Positions 47,843-60,192 of a stretch of 64,000 nt of DNA are shown here, one piece after another; positions within the stretch are counted from its first letter, which is position 1; each line of letters opens with the position of its first letter. The notes under the pieces are model-generated. The model saw nothing but the letters and a program-made list of their open reading frames with translations. It made no database searches and had not been told where the DNA came from. The stretch is from Lophium mytilinum (taxonomy: Eukaryota), in NCBI GenBank assembly GCA_010093605.1, contig MU004187.1, forward strand, positions 558,001 through 622,000, written 5' to 3'. A program made the translations under genes and the position numbers.

Positions 47843-49253
47843 TGATTGAATGGGCTTTGGTGTTCTTATGGTGCTGCTGTGTTTAGGGTGGGCGTTCGGA
47901 CGTCGGATCGACAACGCTGCGGCTGGTACACGATGTCAATGATTATTCGATTTTTCTCATATGAACAGATTGTTATACGATGGGTTTGAATCGACAGCAT
48001 GCATGGGCGAATTAGTTGTTTTGCTTAGTATCGAATATCTAACAGCGTCTCTTAAATAGAAAGTTGCAACTCACGTATCTGTGTTAAGACTACAAATTCA
48101 TATGCTACAAAGGTATAGCATCGCGCTTCCTGGAAGATTTTGTACAGCTCTCTGGCACCTCTTGGGGTCTTCGGTGCGTTGTGGCAAGTGGCAAACCCAC
48201 GACCTTTTGACAAGATTGACATCTTTCAGAGCTACCGCATGGGACTTCCAATCTATTGGGTTCAACCAGAGCTTGCCTCCTTTATATGAGTGACCCAAAG
48301 GGGCTAGCCTAATTCGCCTATAGGGAACGTCAACCAGACATCAAGACGATTCCTACAACGTCTACATCACAACGACCCTTCATTTGGGTTATCTTATCTC
48401 GATATCGAGATGCCAAGTCGAGTTCGTCAAACTGCTTCCCGGATCGACTGTAGTCCGGGTGTTGACCAGGCTGAACACGGCCAAGCGGGCAGAGCAAAAA
48501 CGCTTACATCCACATCCTACCACTTTCTAGCCCCGGAAATGCGGCCAACGAGCGTCAGATTAATAAGAAATTCGTCTCTGGCTCCCACTTGGTACGGTTA
48601 GTGGTTTAGCCGGAGACTCCCATCTCCAGATCCTTTGGGGGCCAAGTGGTAAAAATAGCCCTCTGGAAGAATCCTGTGCAGTACAACGGCTTGCACGAAA
48701 ACCACAGCGCAGCCGACTTATCTTCCATCGCGAGCTGAAACAACGTGCCCGATGGCCTCCGAAGCCGCGAACGGGTGTATGGTCACTGCAGCGACATCCA
48801 AAGTCGGGTGCGTGGCTGAGCAGAACCACACAACCCATTCCGACAGGCAACTGGATGCGAGCTAGACGTATCTTCAAGGCCCTACGGTCTAAAAGCTCAG
48901 CCCTCTCCGCATGACAGAATCCTTAGGCGTCTACTCCACACACGTGTGCACCATGCCTAACGTGTCGGTCTCTTGGCCATCTCGTGCTATTTCTGTAGGG
49001 CAGGCTGGCGCGTGCCTGGGGGCCTTGCACATCAATTCAGCCGACTCGCATGGTTGGATATCCATGTCGTGGTTACTGCATGGCCTCCACTACGCAATTT
49101 GCCTGCTGTGCCCCGTCCACATGGCCCAGGCAAATAAGTAATTGTCGGTCTGCGCGTCGCAGCTCTACCTCAACGTCTCCCTCATAGCACCATGCTGTTG
49201 ATAATTAGCACTACTGCATCACTTCTCAGTCCTCTTTCAAGTAGCCTTGGTTG

Positions 49254-51089
49254 ATGGCCGACATTTCAACACCATCCGGGGTCCTTTTATCAGATCACGG
49301 AGGACCAAAGCGTCACCATGAACACAAACCCGCTCGACACACGCCATGGCTAGCCTTCATTCTAATATTCTGTATCCTCAGTAGTATGATTGTTTCCATA
49401 GCTATCGTTACAGCTTCCGATAACGATTCTGTCAAGAACTGGAGATTTCAACCCGCTGTGTTACTCTCAATCATGACTTCCATCTTCATCGTTTCCCTGG
49501 AAGGCCTGGTCGCTATTGGTTTGGCAATAAGCTGGTGGCGCAGCATTGCAAACGGCACAACATTGAAACGTCTTCACTTCATCTGGAACGGATCAAACAT
49601 GCTCAACATTATTCCGGCTTTCATGGCTGGCGTAGATACACGGAAAGTTGCATTTGCAGCACTTGCTATTGCGTTAGCAAAATTTATCAACGGCCCTTTG
49701 CTTCAAAGAGCCACCCGCGCCCGCATATTCAAGATACAGTCCGACATCCCAATGAGTATGCTCATAGCCCCAAAAATACCCAACGGCTGGTTCGGAACGC
49801 ACTCAGTGGACACTGCTCCTGGCTTACAAACGATGCAAAACTGGTATCTGAATACTACCTTCTCCACGTCGGCCACTCCCGGATTTGCCTGCGAAGGCAA
49901 CGGAACGTGTGAGGCCAGAGTGGTGGGCGCAGGATTTAATTATGGCTGTGACAGCTCCTCGAAAAAGCTCAACCTTACGGCCGAGAACAGTTATGGAGCT
50001 GAGCTCTTCAATATCACCACTTTCATGTCTTTCGAATTCAACCAAAGCATGCTCTTCCTCTCTACGAAGTACCTAAACTCTGTCAATGGTGAATGTGTAG
50101 GAGAGATTGTCACCGAAACTTGCAACATAATTGCCGCAACTGTCGCATATCCTCTTATAATCAACAACACAACCATCAGCATAGACTTCAGCCAGCTGAT
50201 ATCAAACCGGACCGTCGTGTCCAATTACACTTCCCCCGGAGACGCCGCTGGCTTTAAGGGAGAAGACGACAAGGGGCCTTTGACCGGCTTGGAGAACTTG
50301 ATGGGAGATTATATGTCTACCGGCGCCTGGCTCGAGGAATCCAATGTCTATCAGTCCACATCGCCACTAGCCAGTCTTTTCTATAATGCAAACGCAACAT
50401 ATCCACCTGGCGCCGAGTCTTGCGGGATCAGCTTTAGGAGGCCAACCGATTACGTCTTTACCTCCTTTTTCGAATTCATGTTAAGGTCTGCCCTCGACGT
50501 AGCTCGTAATGCTTCTGACCACGGCCAAGACCTTAAGCCTTACACCACCAATTTCACCTCTCACTTTACTGGCACGGAACTACACTACAACTCCGACTTT
50601 CGATATCTCGCCGGCGCTATCGTCATCATGTTCATCGGTCTACTCGCCGTGGTGTTCCTCCTATGGGGTTGGTGGGAGCTCGGTCGCTCGGTCACCCTGA
50701 GCCCACTCGAAACCGCAAAGGCATTCGGGGCGCCTATAACATTAGGTGCTGGGCACGAGAAAGAGGCGGATAGGATAATAAAAGAGGTTGGACATGAGAA
50801 GGTTGCCTACGAGGGAGACGAGCTTGTTTGGAATGGGACGGTGTATGCGTCTGGGCGGTGGGAAATGGGACAAGTGCCAACTGCCAAGGGGAAAAATGGA
50901 AGTAATGGAGGCTCCATGAGGACCGACAGCCCTAAAAGCCCGAAGGTTAATACGGCGGAGGGAGCATTTGAGAATGTTCCTTTGACGCAAGTGCGAGAAA
51001 GAGGCCCTGATATTGACGGTAGGAGAAGAAGCGGTAGGAAGTCCATACGGCCTCTGAGTGTGATCGATGAAACTAATTCAAGGCTGTAA
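49254..51089 (+). CDS. Fungal membrane protein, DUF3176-like, with large glycosylated lumenal domain
   Basis: N-terminal TMs with WRFQPAVLLS..AISWWRS..GTTLKRLH; many N-x-S/T sites and Cys; C-terminal TM followed by WWELGRSVTLSPLETAKAFGAP. Family assignment is from recall. Confidence 0.75.
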   Translation: MADISTPSGVLLSDHGGPKRHHEHKPARHTPWLAFILIFCILSSMIVSIAIVTASDNDSVKNWRFQPAVLLSIMTSIFIVSLEGLVAIGLAISWWRSIANGTTLKRLHFIWNGSNMLNIIPAFMAGVDTRKVAFAALAIALAKFINGPLLQRATRARIFKIQSDIPMSMLIAPKIPNGWFGTHSVDTAPGLQTMQNWYLNTTFSTSATPGFACEGNGTCEARVVGAGFNYGCDSSSKKLNLTAENSYGAELFNITTFMSFEFNQSMLFLSTKYLNSVNGECVGEIVTETCNIIAATVAYPLIINNTTISIDFSQLISNRTVVSNYTSPGDAAGFKGEDDKGPLTGLENLMGDYMSTGAWLEESNVYQSTSPLASLFYNANATYPPGAESCGISFRRPTDYVFTSFFEFMLRSALDVARNASDHGQDLKPYTTNFTSHFTGTELHYNSDFRYLAGAIVIMFIGLLAVVFLLWGWWELGRSVTLSPLETAKAFGAPITLGAGHEKEADRIIKEVGHEKVAYEGDELVWNGTVYASGRWEMGQVPTAKGKNGSNGGSMRTDSPKSPKVNTAEGAFENVPLTQVRERGPDIDGRRRSGRKSIRPLSVIDETNSRL

Positions 51090-51363
51090 TGACGTCTCGG
51101 TTTTGGGTGCGGCTTTCAATGTCGTTATCCTATCTCTCTGTTGCATTCCTGTTCAAACTTTAGCTAGTGTCAAACGAATACTTCAAGCCCTCTCTCTACT
51201 TTCATTTCGTCCGCTCGAGCATACAGCGTCTCTTCACGTCCGATGAACTAGCGCGGAAATTGAGTCGACCCCTGTACACCTTCTGGGCCAATAGTGAGCT
51301 GGCTTGAAGATTCATTGGCTAGGCAGCTCTTAATCCACCCTAAGGGCGTCCGGAATCGCTACC

Positions 51364-51425
51364 TTATACGGTAAATCTGTGGCTTGATTTTAGCGCTCGT
51401 ACACCGGACGTCAAGAGAGGCTGTA
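51364..51425 (+). repeat. Dispersed 62-bp repeat, copy 2
   Basis: Aligns with 17038-17099 (52/62). Confidence 0.85.
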
Positions 51426-52054
51426 GCCCCATGGTCGAGTGGGAACGATTAGCGGTGTGAACTCGCTGCTAGCTTCATTCGGCTCATACTATTGCAATGC
51501 TCGCAATTCGAGTATCGCAATGCGAGTAACGCCCGCAGAGTGAATCCGGAGATGGCCCCCATCCGGTATAGTTCCACCAAATCGTACGTTCACTCGCAAA
51601 GGTAACCTATCGTGCAATGCAGGTCCGGAGTGCTTCCAGAGCCAAGCTGTTTCTATGAGTACTATAGTATTGCAACACAGACGGAAAAGAAGAAGGTTTT
51701 TGACCATGAGAGGCCCAGCGGGTGGCCTAGTCTTCATTTTAACTATTTATAAGCTACACGTGCGTAGCTGTTTCGAGTTTCTGCAGGAAGCAAATTCCCG
51801 ATGTAAACGCGAGTATGTCTAGACTCGGTAATACATTTCGACACTAGTTGCTGACGCTGACGTGTACTACCAAGCGATGGATCCTACTTTATGTACCTAT
51901 AGCCGCTTAGTCTCAACAGCTACTGCATGCCTAGCACTTTACTAAAACTAGAAACTATATACATATACGTCCTGGACTCGCATTTATTCAATTTCTCTCA
52001 AATCTTCACACCCGCTTCCACACACACCCAGCCATCCCAACGCTCCCCGTCAAC

Positions 52055-52607
52055 ATGGAAATCGACCCTACCGCCCCGGTCCTCCCCGCCGTCAACCTCA
52101 ATGACCCACCCAGCATCTCCTGGCATGCGCGCATAACTGTTGCGCCGGAGAACGCGGAGAAGTTCCTCCAATACCTGAAGCCGTGCATGGATGCTGTGCT
52201 GGCCGAGAAGGAGTGTGTGTTCTTCCAGGTGTTTCAGGACCCGAGCAAGCCGGGAAGCTTCATGTTTATTGAGAACTGGAATGCGAGTTTGGAGTGGATG
52301 AAAACGGTAAGTTGTCAAGTTCAATATTATTCATTTGTTTTCGTTCGACTCGCGGTGGATTCTTTGAAGGGAATGTTTGATGGGGGGAAAGGATATTTAA
52401 AATGAGACGAAGCGCTGTGGAGTATTGGGATTTGAATATCAGTGCGCTTTTGATGCTGATCATGTCGCGCAGGTGCAATTCACTAAACCTTACTATATCC
52501 CGTACATCACGAACACGGCACCGTTGTGGTTGGACCGGAAGTTTGAGATCTGGGAGAGACTGCCGGGTGCGAACTGGGCTTCTTCTAAGCCAGCCAACTT
52601 TGAATGA
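52055..52607 (+). CDS. Antibiotic biosynthesis monooxygenase (ABM, dimeric alpha+beta barrel)-like protein, 128 aa
   Basis: Exons 52055-52306 and 52473-52607; intron GTAAGT..CTGAT..CAG. ITVAPENAEKF..VLAEKECVFFQVFQDPSKPGSFMFIENW..VQFTKPYYIPY. Confidence 0.82.
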
Positions 52608-53167
52608 GGGTCAAGTGGTGGCGATTCAGGAAGAGGTCCTCTTGCCTTTGGATACAAAATAAACCAATCAAAGAAGAGACTGTCAATTATAGAAATAAAC
52701 CTCCTTCTCACATAACCCTAGATATCAGTAGACGAGCACTGGTGACAGTCAATTCATGTGATATCCACGTGACGGTCCCTTTCAGGATAGCCGCCATTAG
52801 TCATCAGAGCTCGCTGAACATCCTTTCGCCGACGCGAAGCCTCTCGCGTGTTTTTCACCGGTCACCGACCCATTCTTCAATTCTTTCTCGCTTGTTTTTC
52901 AGCTGCACTGAAGCAGGCTTTCTTTGAAGGCTCTCAATGCCACGTAAAAAATGAGGCTATTAGGCGCTGCGAGTTCTCCTGCCAAGACAGTCACCTGCGC
53001 CAGGAGCGTAAGCAGTAACGCTATTGGAGAGCCTTGCCATCGCAAGACATGAGGCTGAGAGACAATGGGGCGGAGCAGGACCCTGAAGAATATCAGGGTA
53101 ACCCTTTATCTTCTTCGAATGATCTCATAGCTACCTAGTATCAACTTTCTCATCATCTACTTTCAGT

Positions 53168-54851
53168 ATGGCAGATACCACCACGTACCCCGGACAAAAA
53201 CTTGCCTCTACTGCGAAGGATGTTCAAAAAGTTGTTTCTAGAGCTGATGATTTTCTCCTTTCCAAATCCTCCCGTTCTCAATGGACTAAGAAGCTGATTG
53301 ACTGGGAGATTGACCGCGCTACCACGGGTCTCCTTCCAATGTCATCGCGTGTTCGAAGGCCTAAGAAGAAGTCTGACAAGGCGACCGGCCAAGTCGCCAC
53401 GGAGTTCCGCCTTCTACGACTCATACCTGGTAGTGGATCCGACACGATCGCTTGTGAGGATGTCGTAGTATCTTTCGTGGACACGAAACGGCCTAGCTAC
53501 TATGCCTTATCATACGTATGGGGCGACCCCAAGGACACAAAACCAATCATGTTCAATGGTTCTCCTTTTTGGATCACTCAAAACCTCTGGCGCGCGCTCC
53601 GGCAGCTCAGGGCGGACAAAACTGTTTCAAAGACCTTGATTTGGATCGACTCTATCTGCATAAACCAAAACGATCTTCAAGAACGCAATCACCAGGTCTC
53701 AGCGATGGGCCAACTCTATAGCTCTGCCGCTGAAGTGATTGTCTGGCTCGGGGAGGGCTCGGATCAAAGCTACTACTTTATGGATTTCCTGTGCCGTTTC
53801 GAGGAGTTAGGACACACAAGAAAATGACCACATCAGATGTGAAGGAATTCATGCGGAGTACAAGCCCGAGCGGAAGTCAGGCTATCCAGACTTTCTCAAC
53901 ATGCCATACTGGAAGCGGATTTGGATCATTCAGGAGATTGTATTGGCGAAAAAGGCTCACCTTCAATACGGCGCACTTTCTGTCTCGTTAGCAGTGTTCG
54001 AAGACTTTCTCATAGCCATGCGACCTCTCCAGCCTTTCAGTCGTCTTATCGAGGGCCGACAAAGTACCTTCTTCAAGTTGGTAGAGGACCGATACGGCTT
54101 AGTTGTACTTTTGAGACGACGGCGTCAAAAGGACGGTCTTACGCTTCGAGACGTTATTAGCAGCTGTGGGGATGCTGAAGCCTCAGAACCACGAGACAAG
54201 ATCAACGGGGTGCTAGGTCTTGTTAGCAGAGGCGCTGGCTTGTACCTCAAACCTGAATATCAGAGGTGTGGATGTAGCGTCTATCTGAAAGCAACGCGGA
54301 CGATGGTTCGGGACCATGATCCTAATAACCTCGCTATAATCTTGCCGCGTACCTGGTCTAGTTTGATCTGCCGTCTCTTCGCCGGTCTCTTCCCCGATCT
54401 ATCCCTTAGTTCCCGCGGCTTTCTCCCTCCCGCCAGAGATGATTATTCATCACGCCAACGTTCTACCGACCATGCAGGATTCGAAGCGCCAAAATTCTGT
54501 TTTGGGCAAGAATGGAATCCATGCGATGGACGCTCTTGTGGGACATTTCGAGCTTGCGTTGAGACGCCTGAAATACTGCAGGAATACGAAGACATGAAAA
54601 GGCATGCGATAACCGATCACACTGAAGGAAAACTCATCAAATTCGACGGGGACAACGTGGAAATACTGAAGCGATTTGATAACGGCGAGAATGCTTCCCA
54701 TGGGCATGATCTTCCGTATAAGACTGCATCGACGAGAAAGAAATTGGCAAAGATCGTAACGTGGACTCATTTGATTAGGACTTCGGTTTTGCGACTTGGG
54801 AAGGAGAGCGGCTCCCTTGTCGGTATGAGAGCCTCGGATCTTCTAAGATAG
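53168..54851 (+). CDS. HET-domain (heterokaryon incompatibility) protein; joined by a putative 46-nt intron (53791-53836) or frameshifted
   Basis: FRLLRL, YYALSYVWG, ITQNLWRALRQLR, LIWIDSICINQND..ERNHQVSAMGQLYSSA..VIVWLG in the first ORF; PYWKRIWIIQE and ASEPRDKINGVLGL in the second ORF. Confidence 0.88.
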
Positions 54852-55176
54852 TACGGGAGAAGGTTTTTAGTAGAGATATATCTATACTGTCTGTATTATT
54901 TCTGAGACCCTCTAATTAGATCGTGACTGCTTGTTGACACCTCCAGATGCTTTAACCTGGAGATCCTCTTTCCCCCGCGCCATCACGTGCTAACCTTCTT
55001 CTCTAGCCTAGTAGATAGTCGAACGCCTTTTCAGTCAGCTACAAGCATTCGGATGATTCACATTCCCTATGTGTGAGAAAACAACAAACTAGCTCGACGC
55101 CGCAATCGATGCAAAAGGTGCCAAGTGCCAGTCAGCTCAAAGCATGAGCAGAGAAACAGGCAGCTGTCATGTTGTG

Positions 55177-58100
55177 CTAATATGGACTGCTATTCCGCAC
55201 TCCTCCCTCGCGAAACACTTGACGAAAGCGTGCACGAAATCCCCTAGACTTCTTCGAAGGCTCAGAAGGAATCAGCTCCTTAGCCGCAGCGGGTGGCTTT
55301 GCATCAACGTTTTGCTCTCTGGTTGGATTTTCAACTTGGTCGGTTTCTTCCTCCACGTTCGTCGATACAAGAGTCCCTTCGTTGGCTGCCATCAAGGGTA
55401 TAGGGTCCTCTACAGGCTGATCGACTGTCTTGCTGATTGCTTCATTCGCCATGTTCATCGATTTGAGCTCCGGTGGCAGTTCAAGGAGATCGATGTAGTA
55501 GCTCATCGAGGGGAAATCCTTTCGCAGCTTTCGAATCTGGGATCCAGCAATCGGCTGCGCAGGATCATATACGCGGAGCCAGCCTTGATACGCAGCGGGT
55601 GACCCGAAGAGCTTCTCCGCCAGTTCGAGTATATCCGAAGGAGCCGCCGCCTCGAAGGGTTTACGTAACTTATTGAAGTGAATTGGCCAGAATTGGGCGG
55701 CATATGGCAGAAGGCCGTGAGGTTGTGGTGTCTCTTCGGAAGCATGAGGCCCAAACTCGAGAAGAGTTTCGAGGCACTTGCGAAGTACCGCACTTTGCGC
55801 ATCCCCTTCCGAGAAACCTAGCGGGCTTTCGATATTTCCTCTATAGAGTCGAAGATATCTCAAAGCTTCCTCATCCATTCGCAAGACTTGTCTTCCATCC
55901 GCACAAGGCCTGGTCGGGTCTAGCAGGTCTAAGATACTACATCGGCGCAAGACGGCTGCCTCCACCTTTTCGGCTGGGTTTTCTGGTTTGCTAGGCAACG
56001 GTCCACAAGCCAAAATCATTTCGTCTAGGGTAAGAGGACGCTCAGACACTACCGACCACATCAACACAAGCTTAGTCATACCCGGGTGCTGATGCTCGAT
56101 GGGTCTGAGATACGACTCGTACTTTGCATTCAATACACGAGATTGAACCATGATCATATAGTCCACCTTATCGTTGATCGTATGATCTTCCTTATCGTCA
56201 GGGGTTCGCTGTAATTTGTTGTTCTCCAACTGTAATCTTACTATAAACATACTCGAAATGGTCAGCAGATATCTACCGTATTGGCGGCGCTATACTCACA
56301 CATTGTCGATCTGTAGTTTCCACTCATCCAAGACCTCTGCTGGCTGCTCCGCTTCGCGTCCCAGGAAATTCTCAAGAGTCATTACTTTTGTAAGATGATG
56401 CGAGTAATTCCTCATGTCAGCAGATTCCACCAGCAGCTCCCCCATTCCTATCACAGGATTACTGTCCGATACTGTATTCAGGCATTGACCTCTTCTCCCT
56501 GTGATGAGAACGTGAAAGTTTGAACCATTACTGTCGTGTGCTAGTCTTATCAATGCAAGGCATATCTCCATTTGAGACTCGTCGTAGCATGCATCCACAG
56601 CGTCGACGACCACATACACAAGTCTCCTCGAGCGTTGGCTCAAGCTGCTCATGATTGATAGAAAAGTTGAAGTAGTGATAGGTTTGGGATAACTGGTCTC
56701 AGAGAGTAGCGTGCTTACTTCATCTGGCACTGGCGAGATGTCGGCACAGAGTTGGAAGATCAGATCGAGGAAGATGTCATGGCTCCGGTTCGGGGGCTCG
56801 CGTGTGAAATCAGAAAAGAAGTATAGCACTGTAGACTCGTATCTGGGTGACGACTTTTGCAGATGCCTCACGATGGACGCACTTTCAATGCGTTAGTAAT
56901 GGGGAGCAGATATCAAATGGTCACTTACCTCGTGGTAGTTTTACCAGTTCCTGGGCCCCCGAGCATGAAGAGCAAACGTTGATTAGTCCTCAGCCAAGCT
57001 TCAAGCTTCGGAAATTTCAGGACCTCATTCAGGGCGAACTCCGTGCTTTCGTTCTGACGAGTTGCTTCGAATATTCGTACGCTGGAGGTAGAAGCAAGTT
57101 GCGATAGAGGTGGTGGAGCTTCCCACTGGTGCAGCAGACGAGTTAAGTCTTCTCTGTGCTGTTTCGAAGGCTCATCAGAGAATTTATACTCGCTGACTAC
57201 TTGTACGTGGGGATACAAAATCTTACATTCGGGCCAGCGGGCTTCATCCCAGCTTTTGCGGAAAAGATGCAGAATGACTTCAAGTGCTTTTCTCTCCCAC
57301 CGAACGCGTTCTCCTTTTTGACTTAGCCAGGCCCGGACGGTCATTTGGACTAGGCGATGCATGCTAGCGACTGGAACATTATCCGAGTTACGGCCAATGA
57401 GGGAAAAGCTAAGCAATAGGCCAAAGTCGCGAATAAACTGGATTCCATCACTCCAAATATGCTTCAGCATGAACTCGTGGATACCCTCGCGGTTGAGCAC
57501 AGACATCAAGGCCATCATTTCGCTAGCCGTGGAGCTTTGGAATTGCACTTGTTCGAAAGATATCCGCCATGTTAGAATGACGGCATTAGAAACGTCTGTA
57601 GCCCGTGTCAGATCTCTGAACTCGGTTTGTAGGAGCGTTTGTTGATTCTGTTCGTTCTCGGAGAAGTTATGCAAGTAAACCTCTATTGAGATTGACATGG
57701 AGCTGATTGATGATGCTGCTTGTTTGATGGCCAATGGAAGGAACTCTAGGTGACTCGAGAGTTCCAAGACAATTTCGTCAGACGCTGGGTCATTTGGAAG
57801 CAGCTTCCGGAAAAACCGAGTTGCCTCATCCGGCTGTAGATGTTCTATGTGAACCAGACAGTTATCCCCACTGACAAGGCTAAGAGCTACGTCTTTGCGT
57901 CGTGAGGTGATCAGGATGCGTCCTTTATTGGGCCCGGGTAGATACTGTCTCATGGTAGCTTGAACGGCACCTGGCTCCGACTTCAGAATGACCTCGGGGT
58001 CATCGGCATTGTCGAGAACCATGAGCCATGGTCCACTTCCTTCAGATTGCAACCAGCTTTGAACAACGGCGAGGGTTTCTGATCGGACATCTGGGGATTC

Positions 58101-59057
58101 TGGGACGGAGTGCGATTGCTCGTAAGACTTCTTGAAATCCTTTGGTATGGTGTCATATATCGACAGGTACGAGTTTCGAAACTGAGGTTCGCCAGCTGCA
58201 TAGACCCAAAATATTGCCGTTTCTTTGCTCGCTTCTCTGATCCTGTACATGTATTCGATGGCAAGGCGCGATTTACTAATGTTGAGAGCAGTCAGTATTG
58301 GGTAAGGAGTTTGTAATCTGTTGAAACGAATAGAAATAGCATTGATCATACCCAGTGCCTCCAAGCCCATACAAAGCGACTCGATGATAGGCATTAAAAG
58401 TCTGGTCGATTTTCGCCATCAAAATTTCCCGCTTGATTATGTCCTCTTGGTCGCGCGCGAATGGTACATGGAAAGGTTTGACTTCAGTAACTTTGGGAAT
58501 TTGTTGAATGGCATCGAAGCGACCCTCTATTCGGAGAAGCAACATCTCAATGGAACCCAGAGAGTTGAGCTTGTCATCCATGCTTAAGAGTATCCGACTA
58601 ATAGATTTCAGTGAGTTTTAGTCGAAGGAAATCAGGATGCTCACAGGTTCTCCGTGCCAAGACACATCAGGAATGTGTCTTCATGTCGCCCCAATTTTAG
58701 TAAAAGACTGTCAACAGTTTCCTTGCCCAGGACAAAGTTAAGCTTCTTTATGGCCCTCTTCGTCCCTTTCGACTGTAAGACCCTAGAGGCAAGGTCATCA
58801 ACCGTATCGCGATATTGGTCCAGGGTTCCGCCAGAAACGAAGAGAGAGTTGAGGTCATGGAGCTTTTCGGGGTGATCTTTCCCAATGCTATGAATTGTCT
58901 CAAGCGTTCGCATAGAGCTGTACAGCTCTTTGACGATCTTCTTACAATCTTCGTTGGCGCTCTTTAGGTCGTTGAAGAAGTCATATACGGTTCTAGCCGT
59001 TGTGACGACACTCCATATAGTGCCGATCGCCCCGGCGGCCTCCAGAACTCCGGACAT
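55177..59057 (-). CDS. NLR-like STAND protein: N-terminal helical (HeLo-like/NACHT-N) domain + NB-ARC + NACHT, no repeat domain
   Basis: Exons 59057-58645, 58597-58352, 58275-56929, 56881-56300 and ~56251-55177 (last junction less certain). Walker A #1 GLGGTGKS with Walker B WLMVLDNADD, ILITSR, LPLAI and MHRLVQ. Walker A #2 GGPGTGKT with VLYFF, VVVDAVD and LITGR. Confidence 0.85.
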
Positions 59058-59375
59058 GATCGCAAGGTAGCTTCAATTCAGATTCAAGAAGTCACAGAAC
59101 GAGCAACAGGGTTTGCCTCATTCAGTAGACATGAACGATGACCGGCGTAAGAAGTTCGATTACGAATGTGAGTGGCGTGGAGCGGGGAAAGCTGTGAGTA
59201 CAGGTGAGACGTCGGACGGTTGGTAAAACCCGAGGTCTGACAGTCGTCGTACGGACACTTGTATGTAGATTTGCCTGTGACACTATTCTTCGAATGAGGC
59301 TTCGATCTTCCACGTACACGGGCTCTTGAGCCTTCTCCTCTAAGCCCCGTGATAGGAGCCATCCTCAGCTCACCT

Positions 59376-60192
59376 CTACCCAACCAACGCAATCGTCTCA
59401 ATCTCGACCGGCACGCCCTTCGGCAGCTGCTTAACCGCAACACAGCTTCTCGCCGGCTTGTGAGCAAAGTACTTCTCATACACACTGTTCATCTCGGCGA
59501 AGTTGGCCATGTCATCTAGGAAAACCGTGACCTGCAAAGAGTTAGTGAAGACATTCCGAAATGGACCGACTCTTTCCAGTTCCCGAACTGTGCTTGGCAG
59601 AGCCGCGCTGGGTGAAGTCACGTTGCTCCTCTGAAAGCAGTTGTCTCAAAGACACAGCAGCATCCAAAAGAAGTGCCAAACCAACCTTGAAGACCCTCTC
59701 AATACTACTCCCCGCCTCCTCCAAAATCGCCAGCACATTCTTAATACACGCCTCCGTCTTATCCGCAACACTGCCCTCCACCAAATTCCCCTCCTTATCC
59801 GCAGGAATCTGGCCAGAGAGGAAGAGGTGCGGGCCCGCGATCATGGCTTGGGACTATCATCCAGCATTAGCACTCATACTCCTCAGACTAACGCGTACGT
59901 CCACGAAGCTCCACGCGTAGGTGGGGAACGAGGACGTCTGAAACGTACGTAAGGTCCCACAGCTGCAGCATGGCCCAATTAGCCGCGATCTGGATTTTGT
60001 TTTGGGGGAAATTGGTTATGGAGAATACATACGCGGACACGCATTCGCGGTGAATATCTTCTTGAGTTCGGCCATAGCTCTTGTTTGTGTGGGAGCTGCT
60101 CCTGTTGGGAATCTGGGGGCTCGTTGGGTCAACGGAGCTCGGGAGAGGAGAGTGGCTTGAGTAGCGATTGGTCTGAGCAGGATGCTTCGCAT
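59376..60192 (-). CDS. MMF1: RidA/YjgF/YER057c/UK114 family enamine-imine deaminase (Mmf1-like)
   Basis: Exons 60192-60033, 59962-59949 (14 nt), 59853-59686 and 59531-59376. [52 protein letters not shown]. Confidence 0.93.
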
